64,000 bases of DNA. Origin: Octopus sinensis (taxonomy: Eukaryota). Of the stretch, positions 1 through 12,730 are shown piece after piece; the first letter of the stretch is position 1, and each line of letters starts with the position of its first letter. A program made the position numbers and the translations under genes. The stretch is from NCBI RefSeq assembly GCF_006345805.1, contig NC_043000.1, positions 51,708,001-51,772,000 of the forward strand, read 5' to 3'. The notes beneath the pieces are model-generated. The model was not told the DNA's origin. It did no database searches and saw only the letters and a program-made list of their open reading frames with translations.

Positions 1-414
1 TTTTATCAAGTGCTCACGGAGGGATTACACCGCCGAAATGTAATAAATATATTATTTTCTTCTCTCTCTCTCTCTTTTTTCTCTTTTTCACTTTTTAAAG
101 ATTTATGCAGCACAGACATTTTGAAAAATTGAAACAATTCAAACAAATCTTGTATCCACATTTGAATTTCAAAAACAAAATATTGATAATTTTATTTCAA
201 TTGAAGAACAGTCATGAAATATGTTAATATAATTTAACTGTGAAATTTATAAATTCAACAGGGAGCTACTAACATACCTTATCTGGTTTAACCGAGTAAA
301 CTGGACTGAGGCAAACCATCTTATTATGGAACAAAAAGAAAACAGAATAGCAACCAAATCTCTTAATAGTAAATTCACAATGCATATTATCTTTATTATT
401 CTTTAACGTTCCGG

Positions 415-575
415 GTTGCGAGCTGGTAGACTCGTTACAGCGTCAGACGAAATTCTTCTAGCACTTTACGTTCTGAGTTCAAAGTCACCTTGGTATTTCA
501 TCTCTCTGAGGTCTATAGAGTAACGAATCAGCCCAGCATTGGGCTCGATGGATAGTATCTACCCGAACTGCTGGA
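415..575 (+). mobile_element. Old SINE family A copy
   Basis: gagctgg...ttacgttctgagttcaaa (B-box-like) matches the head of the well-preserved copies at 5804 and 17707; heavily diverged. Confidence 0.6.
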
Positions 576-599
576 CATTATTTGTCTCGAGTTCTATGA

Positions 600-795
600 C
601 TCATAAGAGCCGGCTACTCAGTTTCCATGGCTAGATAACAACATACCCCGGGACACCAGTCCATTGCAGGATTATTCATGAGTGGACTTGAGCAAAGTGA
701 AATAAAGTGACTTGCTCAAAAAACACAACGTTCCACCTGACCACCTAATTCGCTAATCGAAATCACTGTTTTGCGATTGTTGGTGTAACGCCCTG
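600..795 (-). mobile_element. Old SINE family C (C3 tail)
   Basis: Reverse complement contains gtgttttttgagcaagtcactttatttcactttgctcaagtccactc and cctgcaatggactggtgtcccgggg, as in the copies at 15401 and 61945. Confidence 0.55.
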
Positions 796-814
796 ATCAC
801 TAGGTCACGCGCAT

Positions 815-826
815 TCTCTCTCCCCA

Positions 827-900
<74 letters not shown>
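815..900. repeat. (CT)n(TA)n compound microsatellite
   Basis: Seen directly. Confidence 0.95.
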
Positions 901-901
<1 letters not shown>

Positions 902-1636
902 CTATTGGCGGTGCTCCAGCATGGCTGCAGCATAAGGGCAGAAATAATAAAACTGGATTTGTGTGTATGTGTATGAATTTGAAAACTGGTTGCCGATTTT
1001 GACGTATGAGGTATCAAAAGATTCAATAATCTTTCAGTTACCAAATAAAGTATGTTTTTTTTACACAATAACTCTGTTTTACTACAAAAATAACCTCGCA
1101 AACGAGGTCGGGTCGCGCAATTTTGAGGTCTTTAGCGAAATGAAGCAACTCTGCCTGAACAATTTGATGGAATGAAACTACAAAGATATACTGTCAACTT
1201 TATTAATATTATTTAGTAGATAATCTTTTAATGTGAAGTATGTTTGTGTTTTCTTTGGCCCAGAGTTGCCTTTGATGTAGCATACTCATCGCAGAGATTT
1301 TTTTTTTCTTCCTGAAATACTGTAAATCTGTATCTTTCATTTGATGAAAGGGTATGCTTTAAGAGAGATTTGGCTGCTATCTGTAGTAGCTCAACTTATC
1401 ACAGAAACACCTGTGTGTGTGTGTGTGTGTTTTGTTGTGATGAAAAAAATTTTTTTCTCAGAATATTTTGCACAATAATTTTTAAAGAAATCTGAACATC
1501 TTTCTTACTGCTAACCATTCAATTTCAAATTACAATTGTTAATTGTTGGAAGTAAAGGAGATTGAGATGTATATATAGTGTTATCGTATAGAGTGGAACT
1601 TCAATTTGAAGTTTTGAACTCATTATCTTGTAGTTC

Positions 1637-1700
1637 GTAATCCATTGCCTTAAATTTGAAGTGATTAAGTAATCCATTGCCTTAAATTAGAAGCGATTAA
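1637..1700 (+). repeat. 32-bp direct tandem duplication
   Basis: gtaatccattgccttaaatttgaagtgattaa followed by gtaatccattgccttaaattagaagcgattaa. Confidence 0.9.
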
Positions 1701-1904
1701 GTCTTAAAACATATTTTATTGGGTCTAGTCTTTCGATTGTCGCCATGATGGGGTATCGCCTTCAAAAATTTAGTACGTTTTTCAGTCTGGTATTTATTTT
1801 ATAGATCTCTGCTTGATGAACTTTGAGACATAGTAGCACACAATATTCGATTGAACAACAAATGTAAACACACACACATACATTAGGTGCAAGAATGATT
1901 TTGC

Positions 1905-2035
1905 AGTTGATAAGTTTGCTTCCCAACCACATGGTTCTACGTTCAGTCCCTCTGCATGGAACTTTGGGCAAGTGTTTTCTACTAATAGCCGTAGGCCAAC
2001 CACAGACTTGTGACTCAATATGGTAGACGGAAATT
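1905..2035 (+). mobile_element. SINE family B 5' half
   Basis: tttgcttcccaaccacatggttc...ttcagtccc...ttgggcaagtgttttctact...ggtagacggaaa, homologous to the copy at 55532-56052. Confidence 0.8.
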
Positions 2036-2039
2036 GCAG

Positions 2040-2194
2040 CGCTGTTCATCAGAAAATGACCGAAAAACATATTTATAAAGATGATTTGTTTGCTTCATAC
2101 TCCTCGTGAGTCGACTCTCCCCATAAGAAGGGAAAAGATAATACAATGTGGCTGTAGGTCATAACACCCAGGCAACGCCGGGGTGCATTGCTAG
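2040..2194 (+). mobile_element. Helitron-like 3' end
   Basis: GC-rich hairpin cccaggcaacgccgggg, then tgcattgCTAG|T; canonical Helitron 3' architecture. 5' boundary is a guess. Confidence 0.65.
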
Positions 2195-2649
2195 TGTGCA
2201 TCTGTCTTTCTGTCTGTGTGTATATATAATTATATATATATGTGTGTGTGTGTTGGAAGCAGGGGAGCGAACCCTTACTGATTTCTGACAACGACGATGA
2301 TTATTCAGTTTTTCTGAGCCCTGTAAAAGAACTCGAAAGGTTGGGCCGCCAACCAGGCCTTTCGCGATACCCTTAAAGACAGGAACTTTTCAACACCCCC
2401 AGGAGAATCATAACCGTTATTAAGACAAAAGAGCTATTAGAATGACCGCTAATTGAGGGAAGGGAGTAAAAATGTTCATAGTATTCGCCTAAGCGCGCAT
2501 GTCCATACCTACACATGCGCGCCCGCACACCTACGTACATGCGCCTATAACTATATATTCATCCACCCTCACTTGAAACACATACATGCTCACCCACACA
2601 TTCGCCCAAAAATATATGCATACCCGCATACATGCTCGCACACATACAC

Positions 2650-2699
<50 letters not shown>

Positions 2700-2867
2700 A
2701 TATATATATATATATGTTATATCTGGGGAGAGTCATTCTGTTTTCATACCTTATTAACACACTCACCGGTTCGGTTTCTACTCATTTATTATTTAGGATA
2801 AAATTAAATCATGTCATGGCTGTGCCTTCTTTTCAGCGATGAATTATCTTAAAACCTGCATTATCCA

Positions 2868-2923
<56 letters not shown>

Positions 2924-3590
2924 GCTATATATTTATTTTCTGAAGTGTAATTTGGCTGCTATGTCTAGCAAGTCGTGTGGTTATATTAAAGAGTCCTTCG
3001 TCTGCTTACGGTAGTAGTAGTAGTTGTAGTGGTGGTGGTGGTGGCGGCGGCGGCGGGTGTGTTAGGTCTGTGCCTACACTCATCCATTTGGTTTTATCGG
3101 CCAACGAAACGAATGTATTCAAGTCCTTTTTTAATCATACCCCTGCCAGTCGTTTGCGTTTTCTCTCTTCGTTCTTTATTTTGTTTCGTGTTGTATAATT
3201 TTTTTTTAACAATCATCACCATCATTATCATTGCCGTCGTCATGTTTGTGCGCTCGTGTCTTTTCCCATTTTTTACTGGTGATTTTCTGTATATTTGCTG
3301 TTGTTGTTGTTGTTGTGATCGCGGTGTGTGGTGTGTCTTATACGATATCAAACAAGTGATATAAATGATATTCGATTACAGCATGGTGCAAGTCATATCA
3401 GTTGTCTGATATGCGCGTGCACGTGTGTGTGTGAGAGATGTTTTTAATTCGTTTATCATCATTTAGTTTTTCTATTAGGAGGTTTATACAAAACTCTATG
3501 CCCTTTTCTGTCTCTTTTCTTTATCTTTCTTTCGTATGTCACTCTGTATCCATCCATCCATCTGTTTCTCACTCTCTCTCTCTCTATCTC

Positions 3591-3697
<107 letters not shown>

Positions 3698-3812
3698 CGT
3701 TTTGTCTTCTTTTTAATTCACTTCGAAAGGAACTATTCCATGAGGTAACCTCTACATGCTCGTCGCTCGAACTGCTAAAAAGAGCAACCAAATCTGTCTA
3801 AAACAACACTCT

Positions 3813-3872
<60 letters not shown>

Positions 3873-5254
3873 AAGTCGAAGCCACCTTGTTTAAAGTGGT
3901 ACTGGCTTCCTTGAAACACTGGGAAAAAAACGGATTGGTCACGTTTGGAATGCCTTTGATCACACAGATCTGTTAGATCAGGGCTGATCTGTGTTCGTCA
4001 TAGTCGTCGTTATCATCATCATCATCATTATCATCATCATCATTATCATCATTATCGTTGTCATCGTAATCATTTTAAATCGATGGTCTCATCTTCTTCT
4101 CCTCCCACCACCAAACACTTTTCTCTACCTGGCAGGTCAGTCATACAACGTGATGTCAACATCTCCACTTGCCTTTATAATCTCCAGTTTCTTAATTATA
4201 ACATTCTATCTTCTTCTTCCGTTAAATCTCTTGCTTTAACTCATTTATCACGACGACTACAGCTACGACCTTGATGAGCCACACTTTATTATTATTATTA
4301 TTATTATTATTCATTATTATTGCTCGTATAAACCATGTTTAATGTATCCGTCCGTTCATTGCTGTGAGAAAAGCATCTCTCCTCACTTAGTTTTAGTAAT
4401 ACCCTTTCCCTACTTATACTCTGTTACAGGGATCTTATGCAAATGTGACCCCATTACCTCTTGTCCACACTCTGTCTTTGGTTCCCTCTCTACTCTTCCC
4501 TCTCAGCTTTCAAACGCACCTAGGTACTTTCAATTTCTTTCTCAAATAACATCATATGACGACGAAGATTATTATTGTTGTTATTTACGCTGTTGTTTCT
4601 TTCTTTCATACGAACTGTTCCACGTCTCATCCAGACGCCTCAAGTAACAGCAATTTGGACGTTTTGCTATGAGTGTTATTAGATTTTTCACTGATATCTT
4701 ATTGTAGAGGATGGAGACCAGATTCTGAGAACAGAGATTCTGTTAAATTTGAGATATTTCGATTTTGAAAGAGTTTTAAGAAGGTCAGGTATCCCCCACT
4801 TCCTCCGCCTCATCGTCGTTGTCGTCGTCGACTGGCATCCCCCACCCGTCGAAATATTTACACAAGTTATTGGAAACTGATAGTTGATGTGGGGTGGCGA
4901 TGAAAGAGGTAGGCGTGGTTGAATTGACGTGGTAATGTGGGTGGTGGTGGTGGTGGTGGTTGTAAGAGTGAACATATTCATCCTTTGTTTATTGTTTATA
5001 ATATTGTTTGTTGATAGCAATGTAGTGGTGACATTTCTTTTTGTCATGGGATCTCTGATGAATCGAACCTGTCAGTCGTCATTTTCTATATCCTGTTTTT
5101 TATTTTCATTTTGTTGTCTAACGTCTAAAAGTCACCATGATTCTTCCATATTCTATTAAAAATAGAATCATTAAAAAACAAATATGATTTTTTAGAGTTT
5201 TATTTTAGTTTTAATACATCTGTTTGTGTGTGGAACCATTAGTCCCGACAGGAT

Positions 5255-5400
5255 TTCTCTCTCTCTCTCACTCTTCATTTCCCCCCTCTCATCCATTTCT
5301 TTGGAAGAGCGTTGGCTCGAAACGTCAAAAACTTTTCTATTTTTTCCCGAGCGTTAAACTAAATACACCTGCACTCTGTCTTTTGCTTTCTGTACCTTTG
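5255..5400 (+). mobile_element. Penelope-like terminal fragment
   Basis: gaagagcgttggctcgaaacgt...ttttctat...gagcgttaaactaaatacacctg; homologous to the reverse complement of 36238-36428; followed by (TA)n. Confidence 0.5.
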
Positions 5401-5411
5401 AACCACACACA

Positions 5412-5475
<64 letters not shown>

Positions 5476-5494
5476 ATATTATATATATATATAT

Positions 5495-5795
5495 AATCAT
5501 GAGGTAGTGAGTTCGATGCCTGGGCCGGGCTGTGTATTGTGTTCTTGAACAAGATACTTTATTTCATGTTGCTCCAGTTCACTCAGGTGTAGAAATTAGT
5601 TGCTATGTCACTAGTGCCAAGCTGTATCGGCTTTTGTCTTTCCCTTGGATCACATCGGTGACGTAGAGATGGGAGTTTGTTACGCATAGGCGACTGCTGG
5701 CCTTCTATGAACATCTTTGCCCGGACTTGTCCCTCGGAGGGTAACTTTCTAGGTTCTATCCCATGGCCATTCATGACCGAAGGGGATCTTTACCC
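5495..5795 (+). mobile_element. SINE family C1, 5'-truncated head
   Basis: gagttcgatgcc B-box, gtgttcttgaacaagatac core, tail ...gaccgaaggggatcttt; homologous to 46101 and 63661. Confidence 0.85.
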
Positions 5796-5803
5796 ATATA
5801 TAA

Positions 5804-6033
5804 GGCGGTGAGCTAGCAGAAACGTTAGCATGCCGGGCGAAATGCGTAGCCGTATTTCGTCTGCCGTTACGTTCTGAGTTCAAATTCCGCCGAGGTCGAC
5901 TTTGCCTTTCATCCTTTCGGGGTCGATAAATAAAGTACCAGTTACGCACTGGGGTCGATGTAATCGACTTAATCCCTTTGTTTGTCCTTGTTTGTCCCCT
6001 CTATGTTTAGCCCCTTGTGGGCAGTAAAGAAAT
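5804..6033 (+). mobile_element. SINE family A (A1 tail), young full-length copy
   Basis: ggcggtgagctagcagaaacgttagc...gagttcaaattcc (B box)...tttgcctttcatcctttcggggtcgataaa...ccccttgtgggcagtaaagaaa; sits directly after the SINE C1 tail. Confidence 0.92.
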
Positions 6034-6454
6034 ATATATATATTTATACACACACACACACACACACAAGTGGGTGAATGCATTTAAACATTTTTCTAGG
6101 AGCTTTTAGAACTTTTGATAATGGGTTGCTTAATGTGGAACTGAGGCACCCATTTTTAAATGTGTGCACCTATGAACACACACACACGTTGATTTTTAGT
6201 TGCTGGCAAAGAATCAGTATTTAATTTTGAAACCATAATATACTACGAAGTATATGGTAGGTTTAGAAGTTCATACTGTCTCCTACCGTGTGTTAAAAGT
6301 GTTATGATTTCATTTTAAATGGTATCTCTGTATATTCCGTATTGAATTCAGAACCAGCAGCATGTTAAGTTACGACACGAAATAATTGATTTTGTATAAC
6401 TTATGCTCTAGCCAGGACGTTTCCCAGTTTTCTTATCATATATAACCATATGTA

Positions 6455-6900
6455 TGTGTGTGTCTTTGCGCCTGTGTTTGCCCCCCCCCATCACCGCTTC
6501 ACAACCGGTGTTGGTTTGTTACGTCCCCGTAACTTAGCAGTTTGGCAAAAAGTGACCGATAGTATAAGTACTACCAGGTTTTAAAAAATAAGTGCTGGAG
6601 TTATTTGTTCGACTAAAAATTCTTCAAGTTGATGCCCCAGCATGGCCGCAGTCTAATTACTGAAACAAGTAAAAGAATGTGTATGTGTCTTTGTCCCCTA
6701 CCACTGCTTGACAACCGGTGTTGGTTTGTTTAGGTTTCTGTGACTTACCAGTTCGGCAAAAGTGAGATCGATTGAATAAATACTAGACTTTAGAAGAAGG
6801 AAAAAAAAAGAAAAGAAAAAAGTACTGGGTCGATTTCGTTCGGCTAAAGTGTAAGCCGCTAAACCGTTGAAGGCGGTGCTCCAGCTTGGCCGATATCCTA
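6455..6900 (+). mobile_element. Two head-to-tail SINE B 3' halves
   Basis: Both carry acaaccggtgttggtttg...ttggcaaaa...gatag(a)taagtact...gctccagc(a)tggccg. Confidence 0.8.
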
Positions 6901-7488
6901 TGAACGATACAGGTAAATGTTAAAAGATATATTCCTGAAACCGTGCGGTCTTGTGGTTTGTGCTCAGGATGCCTTCCCACATGCAAGTTCACCATGCAAC
7001 AACACCAGCTTCGAGATCTAGATATATTTTCTATAATTGTTTTATATTGTTATGTTAATTACTAATGGTACAGTTACGCTAGATCACAAGAGACCTGTTC
7101 TCATGCGTACTGGCTTACAGTACATACAACAACTCCCCGTTTATTATAAAAAGTGGATAAAACGAATTCGTAAGTCGATAACTTTTGAAGTGTGAAATAC
7201 GTCTATCGGTGGATATTGATTTCCTTGAAATTACGGATTTACTATACATATATATACAAATATTATGGTTTGTAAAACGGAAAGAAAAAAAAAAACAAGG
7301 TTATATTTAATGCATTGGTATAGAGAGTGTATTTATATATATTTATTCAAATAAAAATTTTGCTCACTACGTCGTGTTTCACGCTCAACGATCTTTCATG
7401 TAATTACACCTGAGAGTGTAGAGTGTAAAATTCGACTGTTGAGCAAAAGCTCATATGCATACATACATACTATAAAATATTTTCACAC

Positions 7489-7565
<77 letters not shown>

Positions 7566-8204
7566 AAAACCTGTTGTTTAGACTTTGAAAAGACTTAATT
7601 TTTAAATTTCCGAACGGAGTGTGGAGAAAGATGCCTGAACATTGACATGAAAAAAAAAAGGAAATAAATGAATTGGACGCAGTTTTGTGTTTTATGAGTT
7701 TATTGACTTGCGTCAACCTATGTAAAGTAATAATAATAATAATAATAATAATGGTTTTTAGGTTTTGGCACACAAAGTAAATTTTGTTAAAGTATTGTAA
7801 AAAGAATGTTTGGATTTTTATTTTCTTATCGGCGCATTTTCAACTTCTCTTTTTTTTCTTTCTCCCTCTCCTTATCTCCCTTCCACCATCTCTCCTATTT
7901 TGATCTGCCTCCGTTTTCATATGCTTTCATCCTTAAAGAAAAAACTAAAACTCTTAAAACAGCATCGAGTTCTTTCATTGAGAATTCTTTCATTTACAAT
8001 CCTTCATCTGATCCGTCTGGGCGACCATCCTCCTCATATTGCCATGTTGCTACTCAAAGTTTTCAACTATAAAGTCCACATCACATAAGTCAAACAAATA
8101 TTTGACGTACCCAGTTGAGTGATTTCTGCTAAAGCCCCTGTAATTTCGGTTAGGAATTGTTCTTTCTTCGCCAGCTAAATTCTGTTACCCATTCGTATCC
8201 CAAG

Positions 8205-8440
8205 CATTTCTGTTTCGTCACTCTTAGCAGAATCATTAAAACGTTTGGACAAAATTCATTGCTGTATTTCTTCGAGCTTTTTGCGTTCTGAGTTCGAATT
8301 ACGCCGAGGTCAACTTTGCCGATCATCTTTTTGGAGTAGATACGATAAAGAACAAACCAAGTGTTGGGGTAAAAAGTATCGCTTAATCTTTTCCCCACCC
8401 TCATACATTGCTGGATTTATGCCTAATACAGAAACCATGA
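8205..8440 (+). mobile_element. Old SINE A copy
   Basis: agcagaatcatt...gcgttctgagttcgaattacgccgaggtcaactttgcc. Confidence 0.7.
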
Positions 8441-8519
8441 TTTGTTTCACCAATATAATAGATGCGAAGAAACATTCACTATGTCCGACGGTCTGCAGAA
8501 CACAATCATACGCCTAAAT

Positions 8520-8870
8520 ATGCAGTTAAAATGTTTGCTTGCAGTTGCATGGTCCTGGCTTCGATCCCACTTACTTTGGATAATAGTGTTCTCTAATGTG
8601 GTCGCGTGTTGACCATCAACTTTTCGGAATTTAGAAAACGGAAACTGTGCAAACTCCTGATGTGTGTTTGCGTGCCCATATTTTTGTGTATACACTGATC
8701 TAAAAAAGCGATCTTATTTACGTTGTTTCTGCATGGCTTGTAACTCAGCAGTTCAGATCGATAAAATATGGACCAGATGAAAATACCTAAGTGGATTATA
8801 ATAGACTAAAACTTTTGAAAATAGTATGCCCAGGATGTTTACTGTCCAGTAAATGGATAAAAGAATAACG
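8520..8870 (+). mobile_element. Old degraded SINE B copy
   Basis: tttgcttgcagttgcatggtcctggcttcgatccc head, acggaaactg, (TG)n, and a tail resembling gccccagcatgg...cagtcc...aaaagaataa. Confidence 0.5.
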
Positions 8871-9626
8871 CATTGACTTGGATTGTTATGAACGACAAAT
8901 GAACAAGGGAAATAAGTATGGTAGAACTAATCTCCAAGCGATTGAATACTGTGAAATGGCTAAATTCTTTTTAGTCACGATAACTTAGATCTTAACTGGT
9001 AGGAACTGCCGAGATTGTGGTCTTCGTGCCTTTTCTTTGAAGTAAAATTTCGGCACAAGTTCAATCGTGAAACGAATCGGCGTTTTGGAATATATTGGTC
9101 AGCTTGTTTTCCACTCTGCTGCGCCGTTCTAAAGTACATTACCTATATGGAAAAATGAAAACATTCCATATAATTCCTTAATGGGTCACTGCCAACGGTT
9201 TCGTATTAATCTAGTCTGTCAAAGTTAAACCAGTCGGACGGAATCAATTCTTATCCAAGTTATTGACTTACCGTTGGAGATTTTTACAAGAAGTAAAGTG
9301 AAAGACGTCAAATGGGAATCGAACCTAAGTTCCTTCCATACTATACACATTAAACATTGACTCAATTTCTAGCAACTTCTACTGTACCACACGCACTTTG
9401 TTTCTAACACGCGCTCTGTCTCAACAGTACCAACCACAGCGGGAAAAACTTAAAATGTCAGTTTAGTGAAGATAGATGAGGAAGATTCTCTTTAGCGGAG
9501 GGTCTGCAGAAAACAATATAATACTCTCACCTTTTTTATTTATTTTTTTATATTCAGTTTCCATGATTAGTAATAAAGTGAATTTTTAACAATAATATGC
9601 AACTTAGTACAGTCACTTTCAAGTGA

Positions 9627-10787
9627 TGTAGTGTTTTTCTGTATAGAAATTATAGATGGTCTTTGTGGTGACATGGTGAACCCATCAAATAACGACTCCG
9701 TTCAGAAGGATAGAATAATACATATAATGTGCCAGTTGGAAAGAGAAAGACACAACCCAATAGAAGGTCCAAGAGAGGTTTTATTGATAGCTTAATGTGT
9801 GTCTGTGTGCGCGTCATGTATGCAGAATAATAAACAGGCCGTCATGAGAACAAAGTGTATGTGTGTATAGGAGTGTATGTATGCGTGTGCGTTAAGTACA
9901 TATAAACACAACAATGAGGAAGAAAGTGAAAGAGTATACAATGAGAAGTTAAGACGAATGTTCATAGACACAAGAATAAGAAATTCCAGTTCGTAGTCAC
10001 TTGTACACGGTAGTTGAAATACTGTATCAAGAAGTTGTGGCGCTGATGCAGAGCCGGTGCGGTACGTCTCGTATGAAGTTGTGGCTGTAATGCTGCTGCC
10101 TGGGTCACTTTTACAGGAGTTCTCGCAGATTGTATATTCGCTGTTAACCATAGTGTAGTAATTCACAAACAGTGCTATGTTAGAACCTATGCAGTGTTAC
10201 TGGTTGAGCTGTGTACGTAGAGATGTTGGCATTGTTAAGAAGATGATAGCGACTGCCGTAATGCTGATGGATGTTGTTGTCGTCAGGCTCGCAGGTTGTA
10301 TCTTTGCTGTAGATCCAGGGTGAAGTAATTCACGAACAGTGCTGTGTTGAAACCTGGGTGTGTTGCTGTTGGGAGGGTGTTGTCGTCTGGCATTGTCGCT
10401 GTAACTGGTTGTCTTGTGTTGTCAGTGGCTAGACCTTAGAAGGTTTGGAACCAAAGAACTCGAGACGAGAAGAAGGTGAATTTTTATAATGAAGAATAGG
10501 CTCAAAAGGAGTTGAGAAAAGGCTGTCGCACGTGATCTTATTTAGGGGATCCGATTGGTTATACGCTGTATATTGGCACGATAGAGTAAGAGACAATACC
10601 AACCAATCAGAGCAGTGGACAAAACGGGGTCTAAATAGCGGCCAAAGGTTAGCTGTTATCTGCTACGTTCGAATGTATATATAATAAAGGGAAGAGGAAT
10701 TTCACTCGAGTGTATACTACAAAATATATAAGGAGATAATACGATAATATATCGAAATATACAAATGTAAGCCGCGATCTCTCTACA
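9627..10787. mobile_element. Solo-LTR-like segment with promoter motifs and an internal 166-bp duplication
   Basis: TGTAG...CTACA possible termini, three CCAAT/ATTGG boxes (about 10552, 10571, 10603), TATAAAA on - strand (about 10484), AATAAA on both strands, CpG-rich. No clean TSD for these ends; alternative ends 9874-10787 give a GGAG TSD. Confidence 0.5.
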
Positions 10788-12410
10788 GGAGAGCGAGTTT
10801 GAGTGAAACCTGACTCGAGCTAACAATGCAAAAATAGGTTGTTCGTATAATTATGCCGTTTTGTGGAAAACTTTGAGTATATAGAGCAATGTTTCAAACA
10901 TTTACATTCGTTGCAGTATACTGAACTCTCTCGCACAAACACACACACTCACTATGCATACACATACAAGGTAAGAACACTCATAGTCCGTTAAGTCAAT
11001 TTATCAACGCAAGCGTATAAAATCATGCGTGAAGCACATCCACGTTTTAGACTCTATTCGTCAGGACAGGCAAGATCTTGCTTTCCACTTTGTTGCGTGG
11101 GAGTTAGTTTATCCATTTGATATCGATGTCAATGTTGGGTGGGAACAAAATTACAAAGAGGAGAATATTTGCGGACTACTGATGTGTGTGTATGTAGGAG
11201 AGAAAGAGAAAGATTGGCAATAGCAGTATCCAAAGTAGATATTTAGCTTGCATCCTAATAATTATCAGAATCACTGGTTATGGGTACCTCCTCGCGTTGA
11301 ACAAAGTATAGCTGATGTTGTGTTCTTGGTAAAAAATAAAATGCAGAGTACGACTCTGTAATTCACTCACTTCAAATAGGTTTCAAAGCTAGAACAGATC
11401 TGCAAAACCTTTATGAGATTTAAAGAGCGGAATGGTGGTGGAAAGGCACGCAGTTGTGTGTACATTAGATCTATCTTTTTTGCTTCTTTCAACCTTCATT
11501 TCTTTATTTCTTTTACCTTGATTTACAATTACACCCTTGCTATTAGTCAGTTGGTCGGTCAAAACAGCCAACGTTTATCTTAACAAAGATAGTCCATACT
11601 GAAATTTATTTGCTTGCGTTCGTGTTTCTCTGTATCTAAATAAATATAAATCACACAGAAAAAAAAATTTTTGTTGATAGAATATTTATTTCTAAGTGCA
11701 TTGAATTAACGAATTTTTTGGTGAGGCTTGAAAATAAGTACAAATGTCTGTATACTATATGCTTGTGTATATTTTGTGTGTGTGGTGTATATTTTGTGTG
11801 AAGCCATTCTGCTTCTGCTTTTGTACTGTATATATTACATTTGTTTATGCAAGTCGAATAAAAAATAATAAACCATTTTGCTAAGTTAGACAAGAAATGT
11901 TACGATTACATAACATCCAGATGTCCGACTTGAAGTCTCCCAATTCCAACGAGTATGTTTCTCTCAATTCTGTGGAGACATGATTCTGTCTGAAAGTGAT
12001 CCGATAAAAATTCAGACAGTAATCAACTTGAGGAATAAACACTGAAAAACTAAAGAAGGAAAAATTGATAGAAAGAAAGAGTGGAGATGTTTAGTTAGTT
12101 AGTTCGTCCATCAGCGTGTGTATACGGCAGTTCTCAAGTGTTTTCGATCGGTTATGTGCTCTGTTTTTCCAGTGTCTTTTGACCGCCTTCAGGTCGTCCT
12201 GAAAAGTTCAACGCAATATGGCCCATGGTCTTTTCCATGTTCTCCTTTCTTCTGTTGACGTTCATCTCAATTCTGTTTTTACATAACGATGAGTTGGGCA
12301 GCTGCAGGACCTAGACGAATGAAAAATCAACCATGTCTTTCGTCTTTCGTATATCAACTTATTGAAGCGCGCACACACATACATATTAATTAATATATGT
12401 GCTTTAACAT

Positions 12411-12730
12411 ACCTGAATATATCTGATGTATGCGTGTATATTGTTAATATATATGTGTAACGGTTATTAATATACACGCATACATACATACACACATACA
12501 TACATATCATACCTGAATATATCTGTTGTATGTGTGTATATTGTTAATATATATGTGTAATGATTATTAATATACACGCATAATACATACACACATACAT
12601 GCACACATACATACATACACACATACATACATACATACATAACATAACATACCTGAATATATCTGATGTATGCGTGTATATTAATATATATGTGTAATGA
12701 TTATTAATATACACGCATACATACATACAC
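12411..12730 (+). repeat. Three-copy composite minisatellite
   Basis: acctgaatatatctg(a/t)tgtatg..gtatatt..taatatatatgtgtaa...attaatatacacgca starts at 12411, 12511 and 12651, with variable (CATA)n spacers. Confidence 0.9.

Noticed and set aside
1-45. CpG-rich snippet readable as FYQVLTEGLHRRN followed by gtaata (possible exon end)
   Set aside because: Truncated by the window edge, all three frames are open over this short stretch, and no protein is recognised
1095-1125. Hairpin acctcg-caaa-cgaggt, possibly a Helitron/Helentron end
   Set aside because: No CTRR terminus and no second copy in the window
4700-4880. Open frame EDGDQILRTEILLNLRYFDFERVLRR after a tag acceptor
   Set aside because: Weak donor, no homology recognised, and it runs into trinucleotide repeats
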